From: Botryllus schlosseri
Taxonomy: Eukaryota
DNA: 64,000 bases
Direction of reading: 5' to 3'
Assembly: GCA_051294905.1 (NCBI GenBank)
Contig: CM119378.1
Coordinates: 1,488,001 to 1,552,000, forward strand
Made by a program: the position numbers and the translations under genes. Of the stretch, positions 41,501 to 52,500 are shown piece by piece (the stretch's first letter is position 1; each line of letters opens with the position of its first letter). The notes under the pieces were generated by a model. It ran no database searches. It saw nothing but the letters and a program-made list of their open reading frames with translations, and was not told the DNA's origin.

Positions 41501-44500
41501 TGGTCAGCAAATGGTAGAAAATTGGAAACAACATTGTATGATAAATTTATAAGCAAAACAAAGTTGGGAAAGTCAATATCCCGATTTGGCTGTACCGTAC
41601 TTGATTTCATCCAATTCTTTTTTTTGTTCCAGTAGAGTGGACGTGGCTACATGATAATTTTTCAAAATTTTCAGTAAAACGGGCTCGTGCCCCCCGGGTT
41701 GGGACCCCCGCTATAAACTGATGTGAAATTTTTCAGAAAATGAAGTTGCCCCTGAAAATCCGATGACCACCAAAAGCCCCACCACTGTCCTCTCCTCAGC
41801 AAGGCCCGTCGACGAAAGGCTTTCAAGCACCACAAAGAAAAGGATATTGTCTACAGTTGCGTCGGTGATATCGTCAGAGAGTCCCTCCCCCAGTACCCAA
41901 TTCTATTCGCCTAAATCAAAAGTTTCACTGACGACATACAGTGATGCAAAGCCGAATTCTGAAAGGCAGCAGATGTCTTCGACCACAGTGGCTCCTGAAC
42001 AGATCAACTCCACCCCCGAAAAGATCCTTTACGATCCTGCGGTTTCAAGAGCTTTCATCACTACCAGGCCCACTACTACGGAGCTTGATCAGAAGGAGAT
42101 TGCAAGTTCAGCCAAGCCCGAACCTACACCCCTCGTAGAGATTCCGATTACCCCGAAATCCAAGCCTGCAACCGAGTCCTCTCCTCCTACCCAAAGCCAA
42201 TATCAAGGTGTGTCAAGCTGTCTGTAACAGATGGTAGATTGTGTTGGTTTGTGTTGTGGTCGGTAGCGCACTGGCTTGCATCAGCATGTGTTGTTGTGTT
42301 CACTACATGTCGGTTCTTGGGTTTGGTGAAATCGACTACCCTATATTGATTCGATTCGGAATCGTTCATGTTTGAATGTTGTAAAAAAAGTTCAAATAAG
42401 CATCTTTTATCCGACCTCAAGGTATATAATTAGAGTTCTACATCACGTTAAGATAATTTTGCATTTTTTGACTTACCTATTTCATTAATGAGCATGTAAT
42501 TTTAGTCCTCGAAAAACTCGAATCGTTGGAATACTCTATTGAGATTCGAGTATTCGGATGATTGCGCTCAGCCCTAGTTATTATATTCCCTACATGTCGG
42601 TTGGTGTAAAGTTGAAATATTACCAACTAATTTTATGGTCTCGCCAAGATTTAGTCAGCAACCAAGTACTTTTTACTGCAGATTATGTTTGGGTCTTTTT
42701 TGCCTAATTTGGGTGCGCTGAATCCGAATTTGGACATTTGTTTTCTCTCGCGTCGCGTTTTGGAGATAGTCTATCTATTGGTGGGTGGCGGTCAGTAACT
42801 TTTGCATTTTCATAGTGCTCAAGTAGATTTTGCGTTCTTGTCTTTTTCTTGTGTTTTTTGACTACTTCTACTTAGCAGTTTTTAAGGCAAAGCCACTAAC
42901 ATTTTAGAGTTTTCATTTGTGAAGGGGAAAGTAGTTTTGTGGTACGCTTGCATCGCTTTTATGAGTGAAATTTACCTGACAACTGAGCGAACGCTCAAGA
43001 CGTGTACCGATATAGTTGGTTGACGGTCTCCCAACTAGCGGATTTTGAAAATTGAGTTGTTCTAATCCTAGTTGTAGTTGTGGGTTTTCAAAAGTCATTC
43101 GTTTTAGACGTGGATTTTGAAAGTATTAGTACCAATTCTATTTGCGTATTTTCAAAATCCAGTAGTTTTTTCAAGTCTGGAAGGAACCCTGTATCTTGGT
43201 AACTGAACCATTTCTGAATATTGCACCTATTTGTAGTGTGATTTTGTATCGGCCACAAAGATGCATCCTGTGATTTCAAATGTAGGCAACCGCTTAAAGT
43301 ATTCGACCCATCCACCGAATCTACTTTTTGATTTGAGCGCGAGTATTTTTCGTACCTTTATTTTCTACTTGCACTTGAAGTAGTTTTGAACTGTCTTCGA
43401 AACTGCTACTTCTACTTTTAATGGAGTAGAAATGCACTGCATCACTTCTAGTTGAGTAGCGACGAAGACTACTTTGACCACGTCTGGTTTCAACAATGCA
43501 CTGTTTCATTTTTTTTCGTTCTATCTGATTAAAGAAGACATCGCGCCAACATTCTTTGTGGAATGTGGAGATCGGATATTATTTTCAGAAATGAGAATAA
43601 CTTTGTAACAACGATCTCAACTTCATCTCATTGATTTCCAGATGAGGAAGAAAGCGTGCAAGTTTTGGATTCGCGAAATTTGAAGACTGCAAACATACTG
43701 GCGGTGTCTACCACGGATGAAATTTCAACGGGGATGACAACCACGCAGAAAGCTATTGATTTGAGACTGGTCAAAGTCCCGACGCATCGCAACTCTGCCA
43801 CTGATAACTACAATCAAGATGAAGGTATGCGTTGCCGTCTGACTGGGTTGTAATGACTCGACTCAAGTCGCAATTTTTCGGTGACTTCACTCGACTCGAA
43901 GGAGTTATGTGAGATTGACCAAGTCGCAAGGTTCCGAGTCACAAGTCAATCTCACATATAAAGTTTTGACTCGAGTCAAGTTAATCTTTTTCAATTCATT
44001 GCGACCCTACAGACCACCGCTGGTGGATGTCATGATCATATTTGTTGAGACATCACCGAGTTTCTACGCTTCTCAGATGGCGAAAAAGCCAACGGCAAAT
44101 CAGGCCACGTTACGATTATCCTCATCATCTTGTTGCTTCTGGTCATCATCACCGGCGTTTTTGTGATTGTTCTCTGCTTGCGAAGACGCCGTCTCAGGTT
44201 GGTTGGTTTTACTTTTCTCTACAAGTCTCTGGTAAAGATTATGGCGGGGCAAAATCGAGTGCCTTAGCGATTTACTTGAAACGATTTTTTCCTCAAATCC
44301 TACTGGCTACTTGATAAAATTGTTAGGTTACCCAATTGAAGCCTGCACACCGAATTTGGTTCAATTCCAACCGGTAGCCGCATTGCTACAGGAGAAGATA
44401 GGTTTTTATTTACTATAAAAATATGAATTGAAAAAATTTCAAATTTTTCTGTTCACCCCATGAAAGTGTTCGGCTGTCTATAGAAACGATGTTCACCAGA

Positions 44501-46092
44501 TTTGACTCAATTCCAACTATCGGAAGCGGAGTTGTTGGTGTCGAAAAATTTGGTGGTGCCCGTAAATACTATTTTATTCAAATCCAAAATTTTTCGACGG
44601 CAATAACTCCGCTTCCAGTGGTTGGAATTGAGCCAAATTTGGTGAGCATCGTTTCAATAGACAACTGAACAATTTCATGGGGTGAACATAAAAATCTGAA
44701 ATTTTTTTATTCATTTTTTTATAATAAATAAAAAACTTTCTTCTCATGTAGCAATGCGGCTACCGGTTGGAATTGAACCAAATTCGGTGTGCAGGCTTCA
44801 ATTAGCTAACCTAACAATTTTATCTAGCAGCCAGTAGAATTTGAGAGAAAAAGTCATTTTTAAACAACCCTAGTGCGCGCAGCTTTGTAGTACCTATTTT
44901 GTATACAACGATGCTACCAGTCGAGGTTTACAGCATTCCGCACGCCGTGGTGTTGTATAACACTATCGCAGGTATGCTTCTCGCAGATATATCAACTCTT
45001 TGCTTCAAGGAGTATATAATTTCAGTGAGATTGAGCATTAATTATTATCAACGAAAACAAGAGTTTCCATACTTTTTTTCACTGTGGAAGCCCCGGTTAT
45101 GATATGCCGTTTGACTTTGTCATGTGCCTGATACTTGGATTTGATTTACCAAACAGAGCTTCGAAACATCAAGAGGCTGAGATCGGTGAATCGGGCGACA
45201 ATCTGCTGAAACAGAACGGAAGCGACAAAGTGAGTTTTTAACGGAAGGGGTCAAATCCGTCGGTGTTTGCTACTCGGGTAGAAGTAAAAATAAAACCAAA
45301 AATGTCTACTCGATTACAGAAAGTAGGTATTTCCCCAGTCATTTCAAAACTACTACCAAGTAGAAGTAGAATATGGAGATCTTGGAGAGGTATTTAAGAA
45401 AGTAATTTTTAAAAGTAGATTTGGCCGATAAGTCACTTAGTTTTAGCGGTTAATTGTAGGCGGCTAACTTTTGAAATTGCGAGATGCGTCTTGGGATCGA
45501 TGCACCATGGCTGATGGCAGCATATGTAGTCACTTTCGTCTAGTGATGATGAGAATTTCGCTAAAAAAAGTGATGTATGCTCATGCCAAAACTACTGTCT
45601 GCTTTACAAAATTCAAATGAATAGTATATTCATATTGAAATGATCCCGAATATTTTCGGCTGACACTCGTCAGGGTTAATCATCAGCAACGAGAGTCGGC
45701 CGAAGATATTCGGGTTCATATCGATATGAATATAGTATTCAATTGTCTGTTGAAGTTCTGTAACTCCAAGAAGCTCTCAAAAACCGAAATGATAAAACGT
45801 TGAGTAGTTTCGCCTACAAAAAGCAATGCACGTTATTTAAAACCTACTTCGAGTACTAGCAAAAAGTAGCTCAGTATTTCGGTTTTTATCGAATGTCAAA
45901 AATTTATCGACGCTTCAGGCTCGATGCATCTTTTATTACCGCGGGCTTCATTTTCAGAGCGTTTCCGCCGACGGAAGTCAAGAGATGCAGCCACTAAACG
46001 AGAACTGTAGCAAAACAACACCAGGCGACTACGTCGTCATCAAAGATGGGACTGATTCCAAAATAGATCGCAAGGCCACCGTGACTGTTTGA
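29587..46092 (+). CDS. Gene A: type I membrane glycoprotein, SP-FN2-mucin-FN2-mucin-TM-cytoplasmic tail (~657 aa); exons 29587-29650, 31396-31542, 34073-34324, 38714-38782, 39390-39689, 40394-40552, 41737-42207, 43642-43824, 44077-44197, 45157-45229, 45958-46092
   Basis: Signal peptide MGSVLISYLVYGMLLLADA; FN2 motifs CRFPFTYEGKVYNEC..YWC and CQFPFEHGGKQHYEC..YWC; S/T/P-rich exons; TM VTIILIILLLLVIITGVFVIVLCL followed by RRRR; tail ends GDYVVI...KATVTV-stop. All junctions are GT-AG and in frame (ectodomain phase 1, TM exon phase 2, then phase 0). The small 38714 exon is the least certain, and a split into two genes is not excluded. Confidence 0.75.
30190..30670. repeat. Fold-back element with degenerate TTAGGG-like left half and CCCTAA-like right half
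   Basis: ~100-bp outer inverted arms (caccaatgaatg..caaaatt versus aattttgac..tttattggtg); inner G-rich then C-rich repeats. Confidence 0.75.
31396..31542 (+). CDS. Gene A exon: fibronectin type II domain 1
   Basis: YKCSENPDKQCRFPFTYEGKVYNECVDGWDYWCYIDDAENYEYCKLCE; tttag acceptor, gtcagt donor, phase 1-1. Confidence 0.85.
31900..32330 (-). mobile_element. LINE 3' relic
   Basis: aatgagatgaaaagatagga..ggagtagtc..ggtaatctgga motifs. Confidence 0.65.
32566..32830 (+). mobile_element. tRNA-derived SINE with (CT)n tail
   Basis: A box (gatagtgtaatgg) and B box (gggttcgatccc), no closed cloverleaf, ~170-bp body starting GGTCATACCAAAGAC, simple-repeat tail. Confidence 0.85.
32965..33480. mobile_element. 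hAT MITE (TAGGGCTGGGC family); partial copies at ~2760-2897, 10130-10290, 17218-17640 (minus), 42400-42577, 56710-57095
   Basis: TIR TAGGGCTGGGCA / TGCCCAGCCCTA; perfect TSD ATTATTAC. Confidence 0.9.
33640..33830. repeat. Interspersed repeat (CCAAGCTTGGCTTGTTTCGCAC..ATTAG-rich); copies ~12250-12410, 19290-19480, 46375-46555
   Basis: Shared motifs in the same order in four places; class unknown. Confidence 0.6.
35302..37036 (+). mobile_element. Fossil piggyBac transposon (degenerate PGBD-type transposase)
   Basis: TTAA then CACTAGAAC ... GTTCTAGTG then ttga; subterminal GTGGCTTTTTTGACGC (twice left) versus GCGTCAAAAAAGCCAC (right); remnants NRFMEVMSFL, KYLYKGVSYLGK, YNETKPG..QVARQYS and RRPVHVF match recalled piggyBac motifs, with many stops and frameshifts. 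Confidence 0.85.
37326..37716. mobile_element. Kolobok-like MITE
   Basis: ~60-bp TIRs AGTGGCACTGCGCTCTAAAA; TTAA at the right end, left target degenerate. Confidence 0.6.
40394..40552 (+). CDS. Gene A exon: fibronectin type II domain 2
   Basis: SRCSMNKEYPCQFPFEHGGKQHYECIYSSWTRNYWCKNKEPLTHFAYCEICD; gacag acceptor, gtatgc donor, phase 1-1. Confidence 0.85.
41737..42207 (+). CDS. Gene A exon: mucin-like Ser/Thr/Pro-rich stalk
   Basis: 471-nt open phase 1-1 exon matching ORF 41763..42227; tttttcag acceptor. Confidence 0.8.
44077..44197 (+). CDS. Gene A exon: transmembrane helix and stop-transfer
   Basis: GEKANGKSGHVTIILIILLLLVIITGVFVIVLCLRRRRL; ctcag acceptor, gttggt donor. Confidence 0.85.
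44262..44875. mobile_element. Fold-back element with ~290-bp inverted arms; fragment at ~38840-38990
   Basis: gcctgcacaccgaatttggttcaattccaaccggtagccgcattgctaca and its exact reverse complement near 44748-44800. Confidence 0.85.
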
Positions 46093-47238
46093 TGTCGGCC
46101 GAGGCTCCGTGACTTACTGTGATAGTTTGACGATGGACATGCGTGAAACGTCCGTGTGTGCAGGCCTGGGCAACTAAAAAATTCTCAGATTTTCCTGATT
46201 GGAGCAGAATTAGGATTACAGCTACAGTATTTTTCAAAATTCGATTTCAATGGGAATGACTACATTCACAAAAACTTGAAATTGAGTCGGATTCCAAATT
46301 AAAACGAAATAAGTTAACTTCAAGTTAACTTCATATTAAATCAAGAGTTCATTCCCATAAGCATGAGACTGGAAAATGTCTGTACACCAAGCTGCGCGCC
46401 ATACAGCTATCCTGTAGCATTTTCCGGAAAACCATAGAGTAGAATGATAACTGCAACATATTAAGCCTAGGTAAGTAGATACGAATTAGATTAGTCATTT
46501 TACTCTTAATTAGTCAAATGAAACAACTGGAATTGTGTAGTTGTCCAAGTCTGCTCGCGTGTGATCAATGTGATCATGTATCGCTAACTCTTAGTGGAGG
46601 CTAAACACTATGATATCTGTTGAACCATTATTTAACGAATCATTTTCAAGTGAAGTCCGAATCAGTTGCAGTTCAATTCATGTAACCTAACGAGAGATTT
46701 GTTTCGAGTATTCGACATTGGCCTCGACGCATACCTTTTCTCTATTTTTGCGTTTGGAGGCGCGCATATTGTGTTAAATGCATATTTACTTGACTATACG
46801 ATTACGTTACTTATTTCTGCTGATCCCGTTTTATGTTGCGTGCGGTAACGCGCAAGTGTTGCGACACGTTCAGCTGCTGTCGACTATTGCAATTATTTTC
46901 CTGTCGCGGTGTTCGCGCGCTGAACGGGGTTACTTCGTATGGGGTGGTGTTCGTCACTCGCAAGTTCAAAATATTTTTTGTTAGTACGATTCGTGCGTTC
47001 GTTGTTGAGTTGGACTGTTCCTTTATTAATATATGTTTTGTTGGTATCGATTCTTGGTTTTTCGAGCGGGAGGAAACGAGGCAGCGTTACAATGGTTCTT
47101 CTTCTCACCTTTACTACCTTGACGAACTCAGAATTATTGCTTAGCCACAAAAAAAACAGAACTCTACCACGTCACACATTTAATAGGTTGCTCTAAATAC
47201 TAGTTCACAAAATGTGATGTGCGTCAACGAGAGTCTAA

Positions 47239-47515
47239 CAATGGTTCCCAATGTGGGTGATACCGCCCCCCATCCCCCCAGGGTGCGGTCTAGGGGGGCG
47301 ATGGCGCGTTAAAATCGGCTATATTGGAGTCTAGTCGCAGAAATAACCTTTTTTTTTATTAGTCAATTCCCGAAAATTTAGCTGAAAAAGTGTCAACTCG
47401 CCGATGATAACAGTTTGTATGCCCATTTTTCGGTTTCCAACATTTGGGGGGGGGGGGGATGATCGCTGTGGAGCTTGAAATGGGGCGACGAGTCGAAAAT
47501 TGTTGGGAACCGCTG
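47239..47515. mobile_element. hAT-like MITE
   Basis: caatggttcccaa ... ttgggaaccgctg ends; no clear TSD. Confidence 0.6.
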
Positions 47516-47768
47516 GTCGTGATTTTCATACGAAAGGAGGATAACGAATATTTGCTGCGTGTCAGTGTAACTTCTGCTGAGTTGAGCGTGTGTCTTGAGT
47601 GAAATGTGATCATTTGAAGACGATCTATATGCCTCAAGAAATGCATTTCCGGTTTCTTTGCTCGTTATATTATAGACTTCGCTCGAAAGAAAGATGGAAC
47701 CAAATGCAGAGTGTGTTGATCACAAATATTTGAACTAACCGATGGCAGATTTCTGAGCTGATACCGAC

Positions 47769-48638
47769 CAGTGTTGGGATGACTCGAGTCAATTTGCAAG
47801 AATAACTTGACTTGACGCTTCAAAAATGTGGATCGACTCGTGACTCGGTTTACGAGTCAAAATATCAAGTAAACAGTGTCAAATAAATCGCCGTATCTTA
47901 TGTATGTTCGCGATACGCCAAGTGTCACTTGTGAGAGCAACCAGTCATGCATTGATTGTGTACGTTTCACTGGTCCTCCATTGTTCCATGACAAATTCAT
48001 TGACCGCAAACGAAATGATCACACCGTACCTTGTCGTAGTAGTAGTAGATTAGTCTAATAGCAACGGATCTCTGTTTCTTGGATGGCTCAGTGCTTACGT
48101 TGCGCAAAGCCCCCCTTTACATACCATCTTGTATAATTTGAATCGAACGAATATATAGTTTATGCATTTATATTCTCATAGATGTGTAAATGGGTAGTGC
48201 ATTGTATCGTATCAATTTGTATCAACTTATCGCGGCTTCGTATTCGATCCTCTCTATTTTGGCTGATAATATCAGACTGCAGTATGTACCTTAGTTAGGC
48301 TACTCACATATTCTATTAGCAGTTCTAGGTGTGCGTGAGCAATACAACGCCATTCTGTACGTATATTTAACTTTATACTCGTTATTTGATTCAAAATAAA
48401 TGGCCAGTTAATCTGTCTTTCATACATCTAGCAAAATATAATGACTTCATCACTCATGCTTCGAAAATTCAATTTGACTGGAAATGTGTCTTGACTCGAG
48501 TCACCTCCAAAAAACGAGTGACTTGACTTGACTCGAGTCACCTTCGAAAATCGATTGACTTGACTCGAGTCAAAATGTGCAATGACTCGAGATGACTCGT
48601 GACTCGAAGGTAGGCCTAGTGACTTGATCCCAACACTG
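47769..48638. mobile_element. hAT MITE with ACTCGAGT-rich ends
   Basis: TIR CAGTGTTGGGAT / ATCCCAACACTG; perfect 8-bp TSD ATACCGAC. Confidence 0.9.
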
Positions 48639-49523
48639 ATACCGACACAACTTGTACCTTCACCGAAAACTCGGATATTCTATAGTAGGGATCACCAAAG
48701 CGGGCTCCAGGTCGCTCGTAAGGAACAGCTGAATCGCCCTCTTTGCCTCGCGTGGCAGTAGCAAATATTTAAATGATAGCTTTTGAAGATCGAAAGTTTC
48801 CCGTGAATATCAGTTGAACAGTCGAGTGAGTCGACCCTGAGGAACATGCTAACGCAGTTCCGATTGAGGGTGTTGCTTCCTCGCACCCAAGGAGCGAGCG
48901 GAATCTAATTGTTAGCTTCTACTTCCGAACCTGTAGACGCGGAGATTGGCGCCCAGTACGGCAACGCAACAGAACTCGAAGACGCTGGTTCGAGTCCTGG
49001 GTAGAGTTATTTTTCTTGGTACCGACCGAAAGGAAAACCAGCCCAGTTCTATGAATATCAAAGTGAGGAGATTCAACCCATGGAGTGCAAACGGCGGGAG
49101 TAGATGGTAGCCCTTCGCATTAATAAGTACCCAAGAGGTAGCCATTGCTTTTAAAAATATGGTTGGTGAACCCAGCTTCAGAATATATAAATATGCGTGA
49201 AAGTAGACACTCGGCACATATCGGTATCCACAATCCACATGCTTGGCGCGAGTTCTTCAGCACGATTTTCCAATTTGCGGTGATGAAGCGCTGATTAGAG
49301 CTCCTCGTTTCACAGTAGAAAGCACTCCTTACAGTCGGTCGTCTATCGGTATTGGATGCAAACATGTCAGTGAGCTTACGAGCTTGATAACATGTGGAAT
49401 CAACGTCCAGAACAGTTTCTCGACGTATAGCTTATCCATTTCGAACTGAAAGTTTGATAAGATAACACCGTTGTGCTTTGTTCGTTTCCAGGGTTACTGC
49501 TTTTCAGTTGATCATTTGTCGAG

Positions 49524-52500
49524 ATGTTCACGTTCACGTTGATTAGTTTAGCAGTAGCGATGACAGGTAAGAAACGATTCTATCCAGAGTTTGTTGATAT
49601 AGCGGTGAAATGAGAAACGACTGATTGCATTGCATTAGCAATTCTTAACTAAAAGAGTCGTCCGCAGTATGTGGATTTCTGTTATCCGTATGTAGGGTTA
49701 CCATACTGGATGTTGTTGATGCAGGCGTCAGGTCGCGGGAATGCGACGAAATCCGCAGTCATCCGGTGACTGACGGTATTCTCGACGTTCCCGGTCTGTA
49801 TGATGATACTGGGTGTTGGAATATTTTCCTCTCTGACAATGAACCATACTCTGGTGTTCTCATCGAAATTTTAGACTTGGGAGTGGAAGCAGGCGTCAAT
49901 CTCACGTTCAAAGGTAAGGTGACAGTCGATGACCAGACTAACCACTTGTTTGATCAGATCAGACTCTGTATAGTTTTCTTTCTTATCCACACAGCATGGC
50001 CGCCACCAATCCAGTTTTCCCATGAAGTTTCAAAATGTGTGGTGTCTGTATTTGGTTTCGGGTTAAGGATATCTTAGCAGCATTCATTAGTACCGTCACC
50101 CCAACCCGAATCCTACGATTCCCCAACGTAACTATACCCGAACTCTAACCTCACCTTGAACATCACTACTCTGAACTTGCAATACCCACCCCTAACATAA
50201 CTATATGACCCCAAACTCGAATTTTTCGATAACCTAACCCTATTTAAACGATGTCCAACCCATAACCCAACCTTTAATCCTAAATTCAACAATGATCCTA
50301 CTATACCCGAATCCTAAACTAATTGAAACGCTCATGGGAACACCGTTATAGGGTGATTTACTTTTGAAAGAGTATAATTAGGTCAAAATTGTAGTGTTAG
50401 GTCAAAAAATTTACTTACAAAGTTGAAACTTTTCTCACACGTGCATTTCGTTTGTATCGTAGATTTTGCACTGTAGGTGAACTTATCATTCCACATTTTA
50501 TAGGTTCACTGTTGTAGACGGCCCATTGTCTGCTCAGTGTGAATCATAAACATTCGAATGAAACAAATAGGTTGACGTAACGTACCGCAATATCCCAACT
50601 GAAGCAAGACTGCCTGGGCATTGCATGGTTCTTATATCAAGAAGCGCATGATGAAAAATTGTGATGTAGACACCATTGCCAGAATGAAACAACGCGGTTT
50701 GTCACTAGCAGTGTACGCAATTTCTACCAATATGCGTAATCAAACTACTGGAATTCTTCATAAGGGCCAGATTTCGTTAAAATGAAAAAAAATTCACGCA
50801 AAAAGTTTTTTTTATGCCAAACTACTTCATAAGGACAGACAGTTCTAACCAGAAATGAAGATAAATAGTACCAATTCTAGCATTATGTGGGAAACACCTA
50901 ATTTGCATACGTTGGGTCAAAATTAGTCACATTCCAAGATTTTTTAAAGTCAAAAATTGTCTTAAAATTTTGATTTTTAGGTCAAAATCTTCCGTATTTT
51001 AGGTAAAAAAATCGCCCTACTGGTTAGTGATGGTTGTGCTAGATGAGACAGTCCACTACACTAGACTGGCTGGTCCTGCACTCTTCAGCGAAAAGAGCGT
51101 GTAAAGTGTATGTGTATCCACACCCTAAAGGTGGTACATGAAAATAGAACCCAAGTGAGGATGATATCGTGGTTATAAATCGTACATGCCTACACGCAAC
51201 CATCATTTGGATCAAACTGTTGTGTTTGATTTATACCAGAGATCTCAAACACGCGGTCCGCGAGATCATTTTGTGCGTCCCGCGACGGCATATTGTAATT
51301 TCAAGTATTCAACAATATATTCCAAGTGCCATATCTATTTTTCAGATACAAGAACTTTAAGTTCACGCTAAAACTACCATAAAAACCACTTAAATATCTA
51401 CAAAAGTCACCATCACATCATTTCTAAAAGCTGCCTTGCGGTAGGAGATCAGATATTGCGTCGCATTTCTAGATCATGATGATAAAACATGACCCATTGA
51501 TGATTCGTGACTGAAAATTGTGATTTGGTGCGAACTTCTCGTAAAATTACTCGATTTCGGATTGACTGGCTGATTAAATAAAAATGACTCGAGTAGAGTC
51601 GGGCCAAACGGCAAAATCAGAGATGGACTTGCGACTCGGAATGGTGACTTAGTAACCCTACGGATGTAAAAATCTGTGAAACTGTCGAGGTGAATAGTAA
51701 TATATCAGACGGTCTTAGCTTACGTTATAGGTACCACCAATAATTGTGTTGAAATGGACAGGGTTACGAGAAATCTTCTGGGCGACACAAGAGGTACAAT
51801 CGCTAAAAAGGTTAAGAAGCAATGCTATTACTATGGCTCAATGATTATATTTAAGTTGCTATTGATATGTTCCAATCATAATCAAAGGCAAAATCTAAGG
51901 CGGATTTAATTGGACTTTGGCAATGAGAGTAACAACAGCCTATAGGCTACTTATCACGACTATATCAAAACCAGAATTTGGCGTGTATAGTGAATAGTAA
52001 ATTACATTTCCATGATGTTTGTGGAATGCCTGTCCGCAAGGTCCCGTCAAATAAGGCCTAATTGGAAATTATACAATGAATACCCGTATTATTGATGCTG
52101 CGGCCGGCGGAAATTAGGAAATTGGCCCGCGAGCACATTTGAGTTTGAGACCTCTGTTTTATACCGTGGTGTAAGTGTGAGTTAGGTTCTAGTTTGTTTT
52201 ACTGCGGGTCTATATTCACACCCGTATATCACGGGTAGTATACGGATGTGAATACACACTCAGACCCCAAAGTCTGATTTACGATAGCCGAACTCTATAT
52301 TAAGGATACCCAACCCATTAAGGATACCCAACCCAAAACCTAACCATTAATACTAAAACCAACTATAAATGGTTGCTGATAAGAAAGTCTGCTGGGCCGT
52401 CTGGTTTTATATAGAGCTTTCAATTATACTGCTATGCCCGCCTATTCCTGTTTCAGGCTACGAGGAGTACGGGTATGGTTCCAAGACTAAGGAGCCGAGC

